From: Candidatus Deferrimicrobiaceae bacterium
GTDB taxonomy: Bacteria; Desulfobacterota; Deferrimicrobia; Deferrimicrobiales; Deferrimicrobiaceae
Length of the DNA stretch: 64,000 bases
Assembly: GCA_036504035.1 (NCBI GenBank)
Contig: DASXVV010000011.1
Coordinates: 9,611-73,610 of the forward strand
Direction of reading: 5' to 3'
Shown piece after piece: positions 45,446 to 54,782 of the stretch. A model generated the notes under the pieces. That model worked only from the letters and a program-made list of their open reading frames with translations. It was not told the DNA's origin and searched no databases. A program made the translations under genes and the position numbers. Position 1 is the stretch's first letter, and every line of letters begins with the position of its first letter.

Positions 45446-45670
45446 TCCGAGGAAAAGTTTTACATCGCGGACACGCCCGATGATTTTGCCCGGCGGGTGG
45501 TCGATCTGCCGCGGGGCGACGGTTGGGATGACATGTCGGCGCGTGCGCGACGGTTCGTCCTCGATCATTTTTCGTGGGATAAAAGTGTCGAAAAGCTGGA
45601 GATGCTGATGACCGAGATCATGGAAGAGCACGCCACGGGAGCCCCCCTGGGGCGCCAAGCGCGGGGCTGA
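45446..45670 (+). pseudogene. 3' remnant of a GT4 glycosyltransferase gene
   Basis: ...FYIADTPDDFARRVVDLPRGDGWDDMSARARRFVLDHFSWDKSVEKLEMLMTEIMEE... is collinear with the C-terminus of the intact GT4 (..LYVADSDEDFSRWVVELLRGKGWDDMSARARRFVLDHFSWEISANKMEKLIADIMKGK). It contains the 56-bp exact repeat 45524-45579 (= 44004-44059). It lies in frame directly after the GT2 stop but has no start codon of its own. Confidence 0.55.
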
Positions 45671-45675
45671 CCTCT

Positions 45676-47049
45676 TTATGCAGCCGGAGCCAGCATCTTC
45701 TTCAGCCGGTTGATCCTCCCGCTGATGTCTAGCCGATACATGAATTCCTTGCTGATGATCCCGTGGTTGATGAGCTTGATGACGATGTTGTAGTAGATCC
45801 AGTCCTTCGGGGACGCTCCGAGCACTTTGTAGATGCACTTGTTGACGAAGCGGTAATCGACGCCCTTGATCTTGGCCCCGCTGTCGAGGTTGCGCCGGTA
45901 CCCTTCGCTTGTCGTGATCAGGTTGAGATCGTGCTCCATGCAGTAATCGTAGAGCTCGCTGCCCGGGGTCGGCGTGAAGATCGCGGGGCTGGGGATCGCC
46001 GGCTTGATCTCGCGGACCATCTTGACGGTCATTTCCATTTCGGCCTTCGTCTCGGTCGGAAGACCGAACATCAGGTTCGCGAAGATGTTGATCCCGAGTG
46101 ACCTGCAGATTTTTCCCGCCTCGATATTCTGGGCGACGGTCGTTTCTTTCTTGATGAAATCGAGAACCCGGTCGCTGCCGCTCTCGAAGCCGATCAGCAC
46201 CCAGAGCAACCCCACCGACTTGAGCTTCTCGATCAGGTCGGGACGCTTGCAGACGATGTCGGACCGCGTCTGGCAGACGAACGTCTGGGTGAGCCCCCGC
46301 TGCTTCTTCTTCTCGCAGAACTCCTCGACCCAGCCGTAATACTGCGTGAAGCAGTCGTCGTGGATCATGAACGACTTCATCCCGTAGTCGCGGGCGAGCA
46401 TCTCGAGCTCGTCGAGGATGTTGTCGACGCTCCGCCGCCGGACACGGTCGCCGAACACGTTCCGTTCGGCGGGCTGGCAGAACGTGCACTTGTAGAGGCA
46501 TCCCCGGGATGCCGTGATCGAGTAGTACGGCTTCTCGAGATAGCGCCAGGGCGTCTCGCCTTCGGGCGAGAGGCTCCGGTCGACGAACGGGATCGCGTCG
46601 AGGTTTTCGGGCACAGCGCCGCGGACGATCCGCGGCGCGTTCTTGAGATCGGCGAGGATGCCCGGCAGGGTGACCTCGGCTTCGTGGGTGAAGATGATGT
46701 CGAATTCGGGGACGGCGGCGGTTTCCTCGGTCATCAGTGTGGGGTGGGGACCGCCCACCATGACCGGCGCCTGGGGGCGCGTTTTCTTGAGGATGGCGCC
46801 CATTCGCTTCGCCGCATCGAAATCGACGGTCGCGATCGAGATCATGGCGACATCGTAGGGAACCGCTTCGACGGTCGACTCGAACTCGGCCCAGTCCTTC
46901 AACTTGCGGCAATCGATGTAATGGACCGAATGGCCCTCGCGCTTCGAGATGGCGCTCAGGATGCCGATGCCGTGATTGAACCAGTTGGCGCCACGGTCAT
47001 AGGAAGCGAAACCTTCGACGAGCCCGGGATAGATCAGGAGAATATTCAT
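45676..47049 (-). CDS. B12-binding-domain radical SAM protein (class B radical SAM, putative sugar methyltransferase/modifier)
   Basis: Start at MNILLIYPGL. An N-terminal B12-binding-like domain and CxxxCxxC (CLYKCTFC). The upstream part of the 489-aa ORF is artefact. Confidence 0.6.
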   Translation of the reverse strand: MNILLIYPGLVEGFASYDRGANWFNHGIGILSAISKREGHSVHYIDCRKLKDWAEFESTVEAVPYDVAMISIATVDFDAAKRMGAILKKTRPQAPVMVGGPHPTLMTEETAAVPEFDIIFTHEAEVTLPGILADLKNAPRIVRGAVPENLDAIPFVDRSLSPEGETPWRYLEKPYYSITASRGCLYKCTFCQPAERNVFGDRVRRRSVDNILDELEMLARDYGMKSFMIHDDCFTQYYGWVEEFCEKKKQRGLTQTFVCQTRSDIVCKRPDLIEKLKSVGLLWVLIGFESGSDRVLDFIKKETTVAQNIEAGKICRSLGINIFANLMFGLPTETKAEMEMTVKMVREIKPAIPSPAIFTPTPGSELYDYCMEHDLNLITTSEGYRRNLDSGAKIKGVDYRFVNKCIYKVLGASPKDWIYYNIVIKLINHGIISKEFMYRLDISGRINRLKKMLAPAA

Positions 47050-47092
47050 CCGTGAATTGTACCATCCGGCATCCCCGCCGGCCAGATTCGCG

Positions 47093-48061
47093 CTAGCATG
47101 ACCGCAGCAAATACCGCACTGCCCCCGCCACCATTCCGCCGACACCTCCTTGCGCCCGCCAGGCCGCCGAGCGCGTGCATGCGTATTCCTCGCCGGTCAT
47201 GCCGTTCAAACATGCCTTTTTCCGGACGAGCAGCAGCATCAGGGTGGTCCAGGCGAAACGGGAATGCGACGCACTGTCGAGGATCCCCTTGAGCCGGTCC
47301 GCGTGCTTCATGAACAGGAGGCACAGCTCCGGGATCACCCGCCCCTCCGCTGCGTTGACCTGTGACGTTTGCCCTTCATGGACCCGCCACTGGCTCAAGA
47401 ACCTGGGAACGAACACGGCATCGGAATCGAGCAGCAGCCGGATCCAGCCGTCGATGTCGATCAGTTGCCGGAAGCGGACGTCGAATCCGCCGATCCGCCC
47501 GAGCGCGCTTTTCCGGATCAGCGTGTTGGTGGGTTCGCCGACGACGTTTTCGAGGCCCGGGAACAGCGTGTTCAGCACCTTGCTGCCGGTGTTCAGCCCC
47601 GGGGCCAGTTCCTTCTGCCGCGCATGGACGCCCAGCAGGAAGCGAAGGTTCGCGACGTTGGCCTCGCCGGGGAGAAGGTCGTGCAGCAGGAAATCCCGGG
47701 CCGAAAAGACCAGCCCCGCCTCCGGATGCGCCATGGCCGCGGCAACCAGGGTCGAGACGCAATCCGTGTAACAGAGGTCGTCGCAATGCACGAACTTGAT
47801 GTATTCGCCTTCGGCAAGCTCGACGCACCGGTTCCAGTTGCCGCCGATCCCGAGGTTGTCGGGGTTCCGGTAGAGCCGGACGCCGGGCGCTCCCGCATAT
47901 TTCTGCAGCCGGTCCCAGGAATCGTCCTTCGAAGCGTCGTCGACCACGACGATTTCCCGGTTCGGATAATCCTGGTACAGGACGGTGGCCATCGCCTGGT
48001 CGATATGCGCCGACGCGTTGTAGACCGGGATGCAGATGGAGACCTTGGGACCTAGGTTCAT
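47093..48061 (-). CDS. GT2 glycosyltransferase
   Basis: Start at MNLGPKVSICIPVYNASAHIDQ, then VVVDDASKDDS...CDDL. Confidence 0.6.
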   Translation of the reverse strand: MNLGPKVSICIPVYNASAHIDQAMATVLYQDYPNREIVVVDDASKDDSWDRLQKYAGAPGVRLYRNPDNLGIGGNWNRCVELAEGEYIKFVHCDDLCYTDCVSTLVAAAMAHPEAGLVFSARDFLLHDLLPGEANVANLRFLLGVHARQKELAPGLNTGSKVLNTLFPGLENVVGEPTNTLIRKSALGRIGGFDVRFRQLIDIDGWIRLLLDSDAVFVPRFLSQWRVHEGQTSQVNAAEGRVIPELCLLFMKHADRLKGILDSASHSRFAWTTLMLLLVRKKACLNGMTGEEYACTRSAAWRAQGGVGGMVAGAVRYLLRSC

Positions 48062-48143
48062 GGGTGGATATCCCTCCGCAAGCCATGGTAGCAGAACGGA
48101 AACGAACTCGGCACTCTTGGGGACGGAATCCCCGCGCCGAAGA

Positions 48144-48815
48144 TCAAATGACCAGCGAAGCCCCCGTTTTTTCCGATGGAGGGAGCGGTTTGTCCCATGC
48201 GGCCCTGACGGAAGCTTGCAACGATTGCCTGCACCGATCCGGCAGAGAAACCAGTTCGGGTTCATTGAACCAGCAGAGGATGCGAAGACATTCGGCGGGC
48301 GAGAAGGATTTCCCGAAAAGGGTGATCGCGTCGGAAAGACCTTGGAGGAGGCTCCCGCCATTTCCCAGGATTTCCGCGACATCGAGATAATCCTTCGGCT
48401 CGACACGATCGAATAGCGCTTTCAGCTTGGTGGCCAGCAGATCCCTGATCGAAGCGGCCAGGATCACCCCGTCACTTGAACGCTCCGGTACCCCCACTCT
48501 CCCGATTTTCAACCCTCCGAAGAAAGAGACCTTCACGCCAGCCCGCGACTTCGGTGGAACGGCGAGAACGACATAGGTCCCAGGTTCGTCCTGGAGAACC
48601 GTTGCATCCCCGATCCACGGGAGGGATTCAAGAAGAGTCCGGTCGAGAAGGCGGTCGCTGAAAAAGTCGAAATCAATCGATTGCCTGTGCCCGAACCGCA
48701 ATGCCAGCGCCGTTCCTCCGTAGAGGCAATACCCCATCCCCGACAGAGGCGCGAGCAGCGGCCACAGTTTTTTCTGGGCAGCGGGAAGGATGTCAGGCCG
48801 GGTCTGGAAGACCAT
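48144..48815 (-). CDS. AbiEii/AbiGii-family nucleotidyltransferase toxin (type IV TA)
   Basis: Start at MVFQTRPDILPAAQKKLWPLL. CLYGGTALALRFGHRQSIDFDFFS matches the GG[TS]A...R.S.D.D motif of AbiEii/DUF1814 proteins. It overlaps the upstream HTH gene by 23 nt. Confidence 0.55.
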   Translation of the reverse strand: MVFQTRPDILPAAQKKLWPLLAPLSGMGYCLYGGTALALRFGHRQSIDFDFFSDRLLDRTLLESLPWIGDATVLQDEPGTYVVLAVPPKSRAGVKVSFFGGLKIGRVGVPERSSDGVILAASIRDLLATKLKALFDRVEPKDYLDVAEILGNGGSLLQGLSDAITLFGKSFSPAECLRILCWFNEPELVSLPDRCRQSLQASVRAAWDKPLPPSEKTGASLVI

Positions 48816-49314
48816 CGCGCCTCCTCGTCGGCATCGGGGGAATCTCCACAGGTGGATCGAAACCCAGAACGGTGTGCCAGAGCGCCCATGATCTCGGGCG
48901 GAACCAACCGGGGCGCGCCTGCCTGAGGACGTCGATGAACGCTCTTTTCCCGAGCACCCCGGCGAGTTCCTGGATGTCTTCGAGTGTCCCGACATCCATT
49001 ACCTGTGCGATCACCCGAAGCGGGGTCTTGACTGATTCGACTGGCGGCTGCCACCAGATGTAACGCCCGGCCATCCGGCGAAGGATTCCCCCCACTCGGC
49101 TGGCGTTCCGTGGCGACCGGACGGGAGCAAGGTCATATCCGACTATGCCCAGAATCTTGTCGAGTTTTGCGAACCCCAGTTCGTTTTTGGTCCCTTTTTC
49201 GAGACTGTTCAGCGTCGCCCGGGAGACGCCGGCAAGTTCCGCAAGACGCGCCTGCGTGAGGTGCTCCTTCAGGCGTTCCTCCCGAACGATTTTCCCGATC
49301 GCGTAAAGTTCCAC
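48793..49314 (-). CDS. XRE-family HTH protein, putative antitoxin/regulator partner of the AbiEii-like toxin
   Basis: The N-terminal helix-turn-helix (LTQARLAELAGVSRATLNSLEKG) is XRE-type. An additional C-terminal domain follows. Operonic with the AbiEii-like gene. Confidence 0.5.
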   Translation of the reverse strand: MELYAIGKIVREERLKEHLTQARLAELAGVSRATLNSLEKGTKNELGFAKLDKILGIVGYDLAPVRSPRNASRVGGILRRMAGRYIWWQPPVESVKTPLRVIAQVMDVGTLEDIQELAGVLGKRAFIDVLRQARPGWFRPRSWALWHTVLGFDPPVEIPPMPTRRRDGLPDPA

Positions 49315-49519
49315 GAACGCCTCTTTCCCGACCAGACCTTGATGTCAATTATATTATACATTCGCGTGCCGGTGACCGGCAACGTCAACTTGTTACGGCG
49401 GCGTGCTGATCAGACGCACCAGTGCGAGAACATGCGATAACCCTGCCCCTTTTTTGAATCGCTGGCATCCCGCCCCAATTAGTCTTATAATTACCCTTAT
49501 GTCGTTTAAGGGGTCATGT

Positions 49520-49867
49520 ATGACTCATTTGCTGCTAGGAAGTCAAGCACTTCTGCCGGATGTCTCTCGGGTGGTCACCCTTCTCGGCGAACGGATCCGG
49601 ATTGCCCGGAAGCGGCGTGCAATGACCATCCAGGAGCTTGCATCGCGAATGTTCGTTACCCGAAAAACGGTTTCCCGGCTCGAAAAAGGTGATCCCGGCG
49701 TCTCTCTTGGCGTATTCGCGTCGGCGCTCTGGGTCCTGGGCCTCGACAAATCCCTTCTGGAGGTCGCCGTTCCCGAACGAGACGAAGTCGGGCTTTTCCG
49801 CGAGCGGCAGCGCCTCCCGCTCCGCATCCGGCCTTCCGCTAACCCGGACGACGATCCGGATTTTTGA
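49520..49867 (+). CDS. hipB: HipB-like XRE-family HTH antitoxin
   Basis: MTHLLLGSQALLPDVSRVVTLLGERIRIARKRRAMTIQELASRMFVTRKTVSRLEKG. Shine-Dalgarno AAGGGG. A TATAAT at 49486-49491 lies upstream. The stop overlaps the hipA start (ATGA). Confidence 0.6.
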   Translation: MTHLLLGSQALLPDVSRVVTLLGERIRIARKRRAMTIQELASRMFVTRKTVSRLEKGDPGVSLGVFASALWVLGLDKSLLEVAVPERDEVGLFRERQRLPLRIRPSANPDDDPDF

Positions 49868-51114
49868 CGATGCCCGTGCGTCGCCTAACGGTTTTCATCT
49901 ACTTGCCGGGGGAAACGACAGCGGTCCCGGCCGGAATTTTCACCCATGACGATGACGCCGGCATCGGCGCCTTCGCTTATGGGCGGCGATATCTCGATCG
50001 CGGAAATGCGCTTCCGGTCGACCCGATCGCACTGCCGCTTGGCTTGCGGCCGCGTGAGATTACAACCAACGGCGGGTTGTACGGCGCCTTTCGCGATGCG
50101 TCGCCCGATTACTGGGGGCGGATTGTCATCGCCGCCGAAGCCGGGACTGCCCCCGAGGCGCTATCGGAAATCGACTTTCTGGTCGCCGCAAACGCCACCC
50201 GGGTCGGCAATATCGATTTTCGCCTGTCTTCGGAAGATCCGGAACCGGCCTTGGGTCCGCCTCATTTCGATCAACTCGCAAACATCATCGACGTTGCCGG
50301 AAAAATCGAAGCGCACGAACCGGTCGAGACGCACCTGCTCCAAATTCTCCGCCAAGGAACCAGCATGGGGGGGGCCCGGCCGAAATGCGTCGTCGAATGG
50401 AATGACGCCCTGTGGATCGCGAAATTTCCCGCGAAAGACGACTCGCTCGACATACCCCGAATCGAATACGCCACGATGACGCTCGCCCGCCGATGCGGGA
50501 TCCAGATCCCCGACACACACCTCATGACGATCGGAAACAGGAACGTGTTCCTGATCCGGCGTTTCGACCGGGAAAAAGGCGATGGAGGGTGGCTGCGGAC
50601 CGGCTTCCTGAGCGCACTTTCGCTGATGCAGTGGGACGAGCGCGATCGGCAGAAGTGGGACTACACCGCAATCGCCGACACGATGCGCCGACACACACCG
50701 CCCTCGGATCTCCGTGAGTTGTATCGACGGATGATTTTCAATATTTTCGTCAGGAACACGGACGATCATCCCCGCAATCACGCCTTTCTCGTCGAGAAGG
50801 ACGGTTTGTTGCGGCTCTCTCCGGCCTACGACATCGTTCCCTCGCTGACGCAACCCGGCGTGGGGACGCAATTCCGGCTCGCCATGTCGGTCGGAGCACA
50901 TGGGCGGGAAGCCACGCCCGAAAACGCGCTGAGCCGCGCCGCGCGATTCGGCTTATCGGGTGAGGAGGCCGGCGGGGTGATCGCGTCGATGGCCGAAACC
51001 GTCTCGGGTTGGCAAGATCATTTTCGGGGATGCGGGATACCGAAAAAGGAATGCGACATCCTGCGGGCATCGTTTCGTGGAACGTCAAGCCGTACGTCCC
51101 GAGGCAAGGCCTGA
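49864..51114 (+). CDS. hipA: HipA-family serine/threonine kinase toxin
   Basis: 416-aa protein with a HipA N-terminal coupling region and a kinase-like core (...GGARPKCVVEW...DDHPRNHAFL...). Confidence 0.65.
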   Translation: MTMPVRRLTVFIYLPGETTAVPAGIFTHDDDAGIGAFAYGRRYLDRGNALPVDPIALPLGLRPREITTNGGLYGAFRDASPDYWGRIVIAAEAGTAPEALSEIDFLVAANATRVGNIDFRLSSEDPEPALGPPHFDQLANIIDVAGKIEAHEPVETHLLQILRQGTSMGGARPKCVVEWNDALWIAKFPAKDDSLDIPRIEYATMTLARRCGIQIPDTHLMTIGNRNVFLIRRFDREKGDGGWLRTGFLSALSLMQWDERDRQKWDYTAIADTMRRHTPPSDLRELYRRMIFNIFVRNTDDHPRNHAFLVEKDGLLRLSPAYDIVPSLTQPGVGTQFRLAMSVGAHGREATPENALSRAARFGLSGEEAGGVIASMAETVSGWQDHFRGCGIPKKECDILRASFRGTSSRTSRGKA

Positions 51115-51271
51115 GCGGGATCCGCCTCTCCTTCTGCATCACCACGCGTAACCGGTGCGACGTGCTCGGAGAAACGGTCCGGAACCTGCTCGATGGGGCC
51201 CGGACTTTAGCAGGGGTGATCTCTTCGCACTTATCCTTGCATTCATGGACTATTAGTCCATAATTGCAAGC

Positions 51272-52438
51272 ATGATTGCCCGTCGATCTGCCAAGCGTCT
51301 TCAGGATCTGATCCGCCAGTTCCCGGCCGTCGCCCTGCTGGGGCCAAGGCAGGTCGGAAAGACGACGCTGGCCCGGACGCTCGCCGGCATCGCCGAAACG
51401 GTCTATCTCGATCTCGAAAATCCCCACGATCTCGAAAAGCTCGGCGACGCCCGTGGCTACCTGGAAGGTCAGTCGGGCAAGCTCGTCATCCTCGACGAGG
51501 TCCAGCGCGCCCCGGGCCTTTTCCGGACGTTGCGGGGCCTGATCGACGATGGCATCCTGGCCGGGCGGACTTCGGGACGGTTCCTGTTGCTGGGATCCGC
51601 TTCGATCGACCTCCTTCGACAGTCCGGCGAAAGCCTGGCGGGGCGGATCGCCTATGCCGAACTGGCGCCTCTCGATGTGCTGGAAATCGATCCAGGACAT
51701 GCGTCGCCGCTCTGGATCCGGGGCGGGTTCCCGCGCAGTTTCCTGGCTGCCAACGATCGCCAGAGCGCCGCCTGGCGGGAAAATTTCATCCGGACTAACC
51801 TTGAGCGGGATATCCCGCAACTGGGACCGCGCATCCCGGCGGAAACCTTGCGCCGTTTCTGGACCATGCTGGCGCATTCGCAAGGCGCGCTGCTGAATGC
51901 CGCCCAACTCGCCCGGAGTCTGGCCGTCGACGGCAAGACGGTCGCGAAGTATCTCGATCTCATGGTGGACCTGCTGCTGGTTCGCCGACTCCCCCCCTTC
52001 CATGCCAACGCCGGCAAGCGGCTCGTCAAATCGCCGAAGACCTATGTCCGGGACAGCGGGATCCTGCACGCGCTTCTGCGCCTGGATACCGAGGATGCCG
52101 TCCTGGGCCATCCGGTCTGCGGGGCGAGCTGGGAAGGGTTCGTCATCGAAAATCTGCTTCGCGTCGCGCCGGATCGAACCGAGGCAAGTTTCTACAGGAC
52201 TTCCTCCGGCGCCGAGATCGACCTGCTGCTGGAATTGCCCGACAACCGGACTTGGGCGATCAAGATCAAGCGGGGCGGAGTGCCGAAGATCGAAAAAGGC
52301 TTTCACGTCGCGCTGGAGGACATCCGGCCCGACAAGGCGTTTGTCGTGTATTCGGGGGATGATCGCTACACGAAGGGGAAAGGCATCGAGGCGATCGGCG
52401 TCCGCGAAATGGCCGAAGCGCTGGCCGGTCTGTCGTAG
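51272..52438 (+). CDS. AAA+ ATPase with DUF4143 domain, copy B
   Basis: LLGPRQVGKTTLAR as Walker A. Paralog of copies A and C. A perfect 8+8 inverted repeat (ATGGACTA/TAGTCCAT) lies 5-25 nt upstream. Confidence 0.65.
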   Translation: MIARRSAKRLQDLIRQFPAVALLGPRQVGKTTLARTLAGIAETVYLDLENPHDLEKLGDARGYLEGQSGKLVILDEVQRAPGLFRTLRGLIDDGILAGRTSGRFLLLGSASIDLLRQSGESLAGRIAYAELAPLDVLEIDPGHASPLWIRGGFPRSFLAANDRQSAAWRENFIRTNLERDIPQLGPRIPAETLRRFWTMLAHSQGALLNAAQLARSLAVDGKTVAKYLDLMVDLLLVRRLPPFHANAGKRLVKSPKTYVRDSGILHALLRLDTEDAVLGHPVCGASWEGFVIENLLRVAPDRTEASFYRTSSGAEIDLLLELPDNRTWAIKIKRGGVPKIEKGFHVALEDIRPDKAFVVYSGDDRYTKGKGIEAIGVREMAEALAGLS

Positions 52439-52548
52439 AGGCGCCCCGGCATATCCGGTCGGCTTCCTGCCCCGGGCCTCGCAAAGTCGCCGCTAAAGAT
52501 TGAAATCACGCCACCAGGCCTACATGATTTCATGGTAATATGTGTCCC

Positions 52549-53718
52549 ATGATCGCACGTGAAAAGGCATTGAAAATGGTCAAAACCGCCCTCGCTCACT
52601 CGCCCGTCGTGGGGTTGCTGGGCGCGCGACAGGTGGGGAAAAGCACCCTGGCCCGCCAGCTCGCCGCCGGGTGGCGGGGGTCGAAAACCACATTTTTCGA
52701 CCTCGAAGATCCTGCGGATCAAAGCCGTCTCTCCGAGCCGTCGCTTACCTTGCGAGCGCTTCGCGGTCTCGTGGTGCTTGACGAAATCCAGCTTCGGCCA
52801 GACCTCTTCCCGCTGCTGCGGGTACTGGCCGACCGACCCGGCACGCCTGCCCGCTTCCTCCTTCTCGGCAGCGCCTCGCCCGAGCTGATCCGGAATTCTT
52901 CCGAAAGTCTCGCCGGCCGCATCCAGTTCGTTCATCTTGCCGGTTTCAACCTGTCGGAAGTCGGCGGCGAAGCTTATGACCGGTTGTGGCTTCGAGGCGG
53001 TTTTCCGAAGTCGTTCCTTGCGCCCGGCAACCCGGCCAGCGCAGAATGGCGCCGCGGTTTCGTTCGCACCTTTCTCGAACGCGACATCCCGCAACTCGGT
53101 ATCCGGATTCCCGCCGCAACGCTTCGCCGCTTCTGGTCCATGCTGGCGCACTGCCACGGACAACTCTGGAACGGGGCGGAATTTGCCCGCTCATTCGGCG
53201 TCGGCGAACATACCGTCCGTCGCTATCTCGATCTGTTGACAGCCACATATGTCATTCGACAGCTCCCCCCATGGCACGCGAATCTCGGAAAACGCCAGGT
53301 GAAATCTCCGAAAATCTACTTCACGGACAGCGGACTTCTGCACACCCTGCTGCAACTCGAGACGAAAGACGCGCTCCTCGGCCATCCGCGCCTCGGGGCC
53401 TCGTGGGAAGGATTCGCCCTTCAGGAAGTTATCGCGCATACCGGCGCTCGTCCCGAAGAATGCCACTTCTGGGGGACACACGGAGGCGCCGAACTCGACC
53501 TGCTGTTGGTCCGCGGCAATGCCCGAATCGGATTCGAATTCAAGCGGACCGATGCCCCGCGCGTCACACCGTCCATGCGCTCGGCGCTTGCCGATCTTGA
53601 ACTCGATGCACTTTTCGTCGTTCACGCCGGAGAACATGAATTTTTCCTCGCGGAAAGGATCACCGCCGTGCCGATCGCCCGGCTGCTCGAATCGGTGCCC
53701 AGGCTCGGGCCGGGGTAA
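52549..53718 (+). CDS. AAA+ ATPase with DUF4143 domain, copy C
   Basis: MIAREKALKMVKTALAHSPVVGLLGARQVGKSTLARQLA. It is collinear with copy B (for example, LAVDGKTVAKYLDLMVDLLLVRRLPPFHAN in B versus FGVGEHTVRRYLDLLTATYVIRQLPPWHAN in C). Confidence 0.65.
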   Translation: MIAREKALKMVKTALAHSPVVGLLGARQVGKSTLARQLAAGWRGSKTTFFDLEDPADQSRLSEPSLTLRALRGLVVLDEIQLRPDLFPLLRVLADRPGTPARFLLLGSASPELIRNSSESLAGRIQFVHLAGFNLSEVGGEAYDRLWLRGGFPKSFLAPGNPASAEWRRGFVRTFLERDIPQLGIRIPAATLRRFWSMLAHCHGQLWNGAEFARSFGVGEHTVRRYLDLLTATYVIRQLPPWHANLGKRQVKSPKIYFTDSGLLHTLLQLETKDALLGHPRLGASWEGFALQEVIAHTGARPEECHFWGTHGGAELDLLLVRGNARIGFEFKRTDAPRVTPSMRSALADLELDALFVVHAGEHEFFLAERITAVPIARLLESVPRLGPG

Positions 53719-53767
53719 TCGCCCTGTCCGGGATAGGCCAAAAGGCAATGGCTCCAGGAGGCATCTA

Positions 53768-54733
53768 TTGAAAACCGCATTGATCACGGGCATCGCCGGG
53801 CAGGACGGCTCCTACCTGGCCGAACGACTCATCGAAACCGGCTACCGGGTAGCGGGGACCGTACACGATCCCGTCGTTGCCGATTACGAACATCTCCGGA
53901 AGTTCCGCGACCGCGTCGAAATCCACCAGGCCGACCTGCTCGATCAAGGGCAGCTCGAAACCCTCCTGCGCAACGTGCGGCCCGACGAAGTCTATAACTT
54001 GGCCGCACACTCGTCGCTGGCGGCCGCATTCGACCAACCGGTCTGGACGGGCGAATCGCTCGGCATCGGCGTCGCCCGGCTTCTCGAGGCCATCCGCGTG
54101 ACCGACCCTTTGATCCGCTTCTTCCAGGCCGGAAGTCGGGAGATGTTCGGCTACGCGGCCGAATCGCCCCAGGACGAGTCGACGCCGTTCCGGCCCAACA
54201 ACCCTTACGGCTACGCCAAGGCCTACGCGCACTGGATCACGGGCTACTACCGCGAGCGGCACGGGCTGTTCGCCTGCGCCGGCATCCTCTACAACCACGA
54301 AAGCCCCCGGCGGAAAGCCGAATTCGTGTTCCGGAAAATTACCCGGGCCGCGGCCATGATCCGGCTGGGGCGCCAGAAAGAGCTGCGGCTGGGCAATCTC
54401 GATGCCCGGCGCGACTGGGCGTATGCGGGCGATTTCGTCCGGGGGATGTGGCTGATGCTGCAGGCCGAACAGGCCGGCGATTACGTCCTCGCGACAGGGC
54501 AGACGCACTCGGTCCGCGAGCTTTGTGCGGAGGCGTTCGCCTGCGTGGGGCTGCATTATGAGGACCACGTCGTGCAGGAGGCGGAAACCACCCCCCGGCT
54601 GCCCGAGGCGACGCTGCCGGTCGGGAACGCAGACAAAGCGCGGCGACTGCTCGGCTGGTCACCCCAGGTGACGTTCCGGGAGCTGGTGAGGATGATGGTC
54701 GAGGCCGATCTGGAGTCCCCAAACAACGGCTGA
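53768..54733 (+). CDS. gmd: GDP-mannose 4,6-dehydratase
   Basis: A TTG start 11 nt after AGGAGG. ALITGIAGQDGSYLAERLIETGY...YGYAKAYAHWITGYYRERHGLFACAGILYNHESPRR is the Gmd signature. Confidence 0.75.
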   Translation: MKTALITGIAGQDGSYLAERLIETGYRVAGTVHDPVVADYEHLRKFRDRVEIHQADLLDQGQLETLLRNVRPDEVYNLAAHSSLAAAFDQPVWTGESLGIGVARLLEAIRVTDPLIRFFQAGSREMFGYAAESPQDESTPFRPNNPYGYAKAYAHWITGYYRERHGLFACAGILYNHESPRRKAEFVFRKITRAAAMIRLGRQKELRLGNLDARRDWAYAGDFVRGMWLMLQAEQAGDYVLATGQTHSVRELCAEAFACVGLHYEDHVVQEAETTPRLPEATLPVGNADKARRLLGWSPQVTFRELVRMMVEADLESPNNG

Positions 54734-54782
54734 TGGTTTATCATAAATCACACATTTTTCGTTCAAGGGAGAAATTGACCAG

